Notes under the pieces: model-generated
The model's database searches: none
What the model saw: only the letters and a program-made list of their open reading frames with translations
Told to the model about the DNA's origin: nothing
Source: Nemertoderma westbladi
Lineage: Eukaryota > Animalia > Xenacoelomorpha
Assembly: GCA_032718475.1 (NCBI GenBank)
Contig: JAUCBJ010003736.1
Location: 1-48,435, forward strand
Length of the DNA stretch: 48,435 nt
Reading direction: 5' to 3'
Made by a program: the position numbers and the translations under genes
Part shown: positions 47,071 to 48,435 of the stretch, piece by piece
Layout of the letters: each line of letters begins with the position of its first letter
How positions within the stretch are numbered: position 1 is the first letter of the stretch

Positions 47071-48123
47071 ATGCATAGACATGAAACTTGTTTGGTCTGT
47101 AATAAAGAAATGAGACAAGACAATTTATCTCGTCATATGGAAACACATGGAAAGGAAAAACTAATGGCTCCATTACCAAAAAAATTTAAAAAATCCGAAG
47201 ATATTTTTAGTGAAGATGAAAAGAAAAAGAGAGATGAGCGTGATATATTAAATATAAAACAGACAATGGAAAGTAAATTTCATAAAGTTATGAATATTTT
47301 GAAAGGGATACAAAAACAGTTACCCCTAGAAAATGAGGAAAATTTGAGTGAGAAAGATGGAGAAGAAGAGGATGATGAGATGGAGAATGAAAATAGTGAG
47401 GGTCAGGATGAAGTTGAAGAGAGTGAGGTTGAGAACGAAGAAAGTGAAGATCAGGATGATGATGAAGAAAGTGAAGGTCAAGAAGAGGGTGAAGATAGCG
47501 AAGGTCAGGAAGAGAATGAAGAAAGTGAAGAACAGGAAGAGGATGAAGAAAGTGAAGAACAGGAAGACGATGAAGAAAGTGAAGGCGGGGAAGAGGATGA
47601 AGAAAGTGAAGGTCAGAAAGAGGGTGAAGAAAGTGAAGATCAGGAAAGTGGAGAAGAGGATGAAAATGATGATAATGAGGAAATAAAGAGGCAATTACTT
47701 GGAAATAAGAATCAATTGCGGAAAATTATTAAACATTTGAAGGAAAATGAAGAAAATAAAGAGGCGACATTGACCCAAGTTCTAGGAAGTAAAATTAAAT
47801 TACAGAAATTTATTAAACATTTAGAAGAGAATGATGAAAATAAAGAAGAGATATTGAGACAAATATTAGGAAACAAAAATCAAATGCGGAAATTTATTAA
47901 ACAAATGGAAGAAAATGAGGAAAATAGAGAAGAGATATTAAGACAGGTTCTGGGAAATAAAAGTAAATTACTGAAAATTAATGAACAATTGAATAAAATT
48001 AAGAAACAGTTGGGTAACGAGGAAGATGAAAGTAAAGTAAATCAACCAGCTTTTACTAATTTTCGAAGACCTATGATAAAAAACTCTCGTTCAGTAAATG
48101 CCCGCGCAGGACGACGCTATTGA
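47071..48123 (+). CDS. Intronless protein: N-terminal C2H2 zinc finger, acidic repeat tract, four ~28-aa coiled-coil repeats
   Basis: CLVCNKEMRQDNLSRHMETH; (EEDEESEGQ)n; repeated EENxENxEEILRQxLGNK; ATG-to-TGA open frame downstream of a promoter. Confidence 0.75.
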   Translation: MHRHETCLVCNKEMRQDNLSRHMETHGKEKLMAPLPKKFKKSEDIFSEDEKKKRDERDILNIKQTMESKFHKVMNILKGIQKQLPLENEENLSEKDGEEEDDEMENENSEGQDEVEESEVENEESEDQDDDEESEGQEEGEDSEGQEENEESEEQEEDEESEEQEDDEESEGGEEDEESEGQKEGEESEDQESGEEDENDDNEEIKRQLLGNKNQLRKIIKHLKENEENKEATLTQVLGSKIKLQKFIKHLEENDENKEEILRQILGNKNQMRKFIKQMEENEENREEILRQVLGNKSKLLKINEQLNKIKKQLGNEEDESKVNQPAFTNFRRPMIKNSRSVNARAGRRY

Positions 48124-48149
48124 CATTTGTTTGTTTGAGTTCCTTTCAT

Positions 48150-48310
48150 AATAGTGTTAGGGCTATTTATCCAAAACAATTATATTAGTATTAGGACTAT
48201 TTATCCATAACAATTATAATAGTATTAGGACTATTTATCCATAATAATTATATTAGTATTATAAATGTATTTACCCCACAATATTTATTACTATTAGGTC
48301 TATTTATTCA
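48150..48310. repeat. Short ~35-bp AT-rich tandem repeat
   Basis: tagtattaggactatttatcca..a.aattata, 3-4 copies. Confidence 0.75.
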
Positions 48311-48435
48311 AGAAATTATATGTTTTTATAATATACTTTGGAAAATTAGTCGACTAAGTCATAATTTTCAAAACTTTAAATACGGGTTGAGTTATTTTAT
48401 AAAGTTAAGAAGAATGAACCAATAGAGGGAGCCTG

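Noticed and set aside
47326-47694. Hydrophobic Phe-rich and Lys/Arg-rich ORFs
   Set aside because: Antisense and alternate-frame shadows of the GAA-rich acidic repeat.

Overview
Eukaryotic (invertebrate animal) DNA, not prokaryotic. The window appears to be mostly intron of a minus-strand KCNQ1-type K+ channel gene (one clear exon at 39400/39421-39610, a probable next exon at 37583-37756), filled with nested transposable elements. These include a CRE-like LINE relic interrupted by an RTE with a 265-bp duplication, and a decayed Ty3/gypsy element (2294-6857). The largest is a BEL/Pao LTR element (7429-32423, ~18.3 kb without its insert) carrying a nested, very young gag-only LTR element (20549-27193). 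Penelope, SINE, piggyBac-type, LINE and solo-LTR relics, satellites, and an intronless zinc-finger/acidic ORF with its own promoter are also present. The best candidate for a new system is the BEL/Pao pair. (i) Neither element has a tRNA-type PBS; instead the 10-11 nt directly abutting each 5' LTR are perfectly complementary to a segment of that element's own LTR, a self-priming signature. (ii) The large element carries, in the env position, ~4.2 kb of extra coding sequence including a DEDDy-like 3'-5' exonuclease with zinc knuckles, preceded by duplicated, apparently covarying RNA hairpins. All calls were made by eye without database searches.
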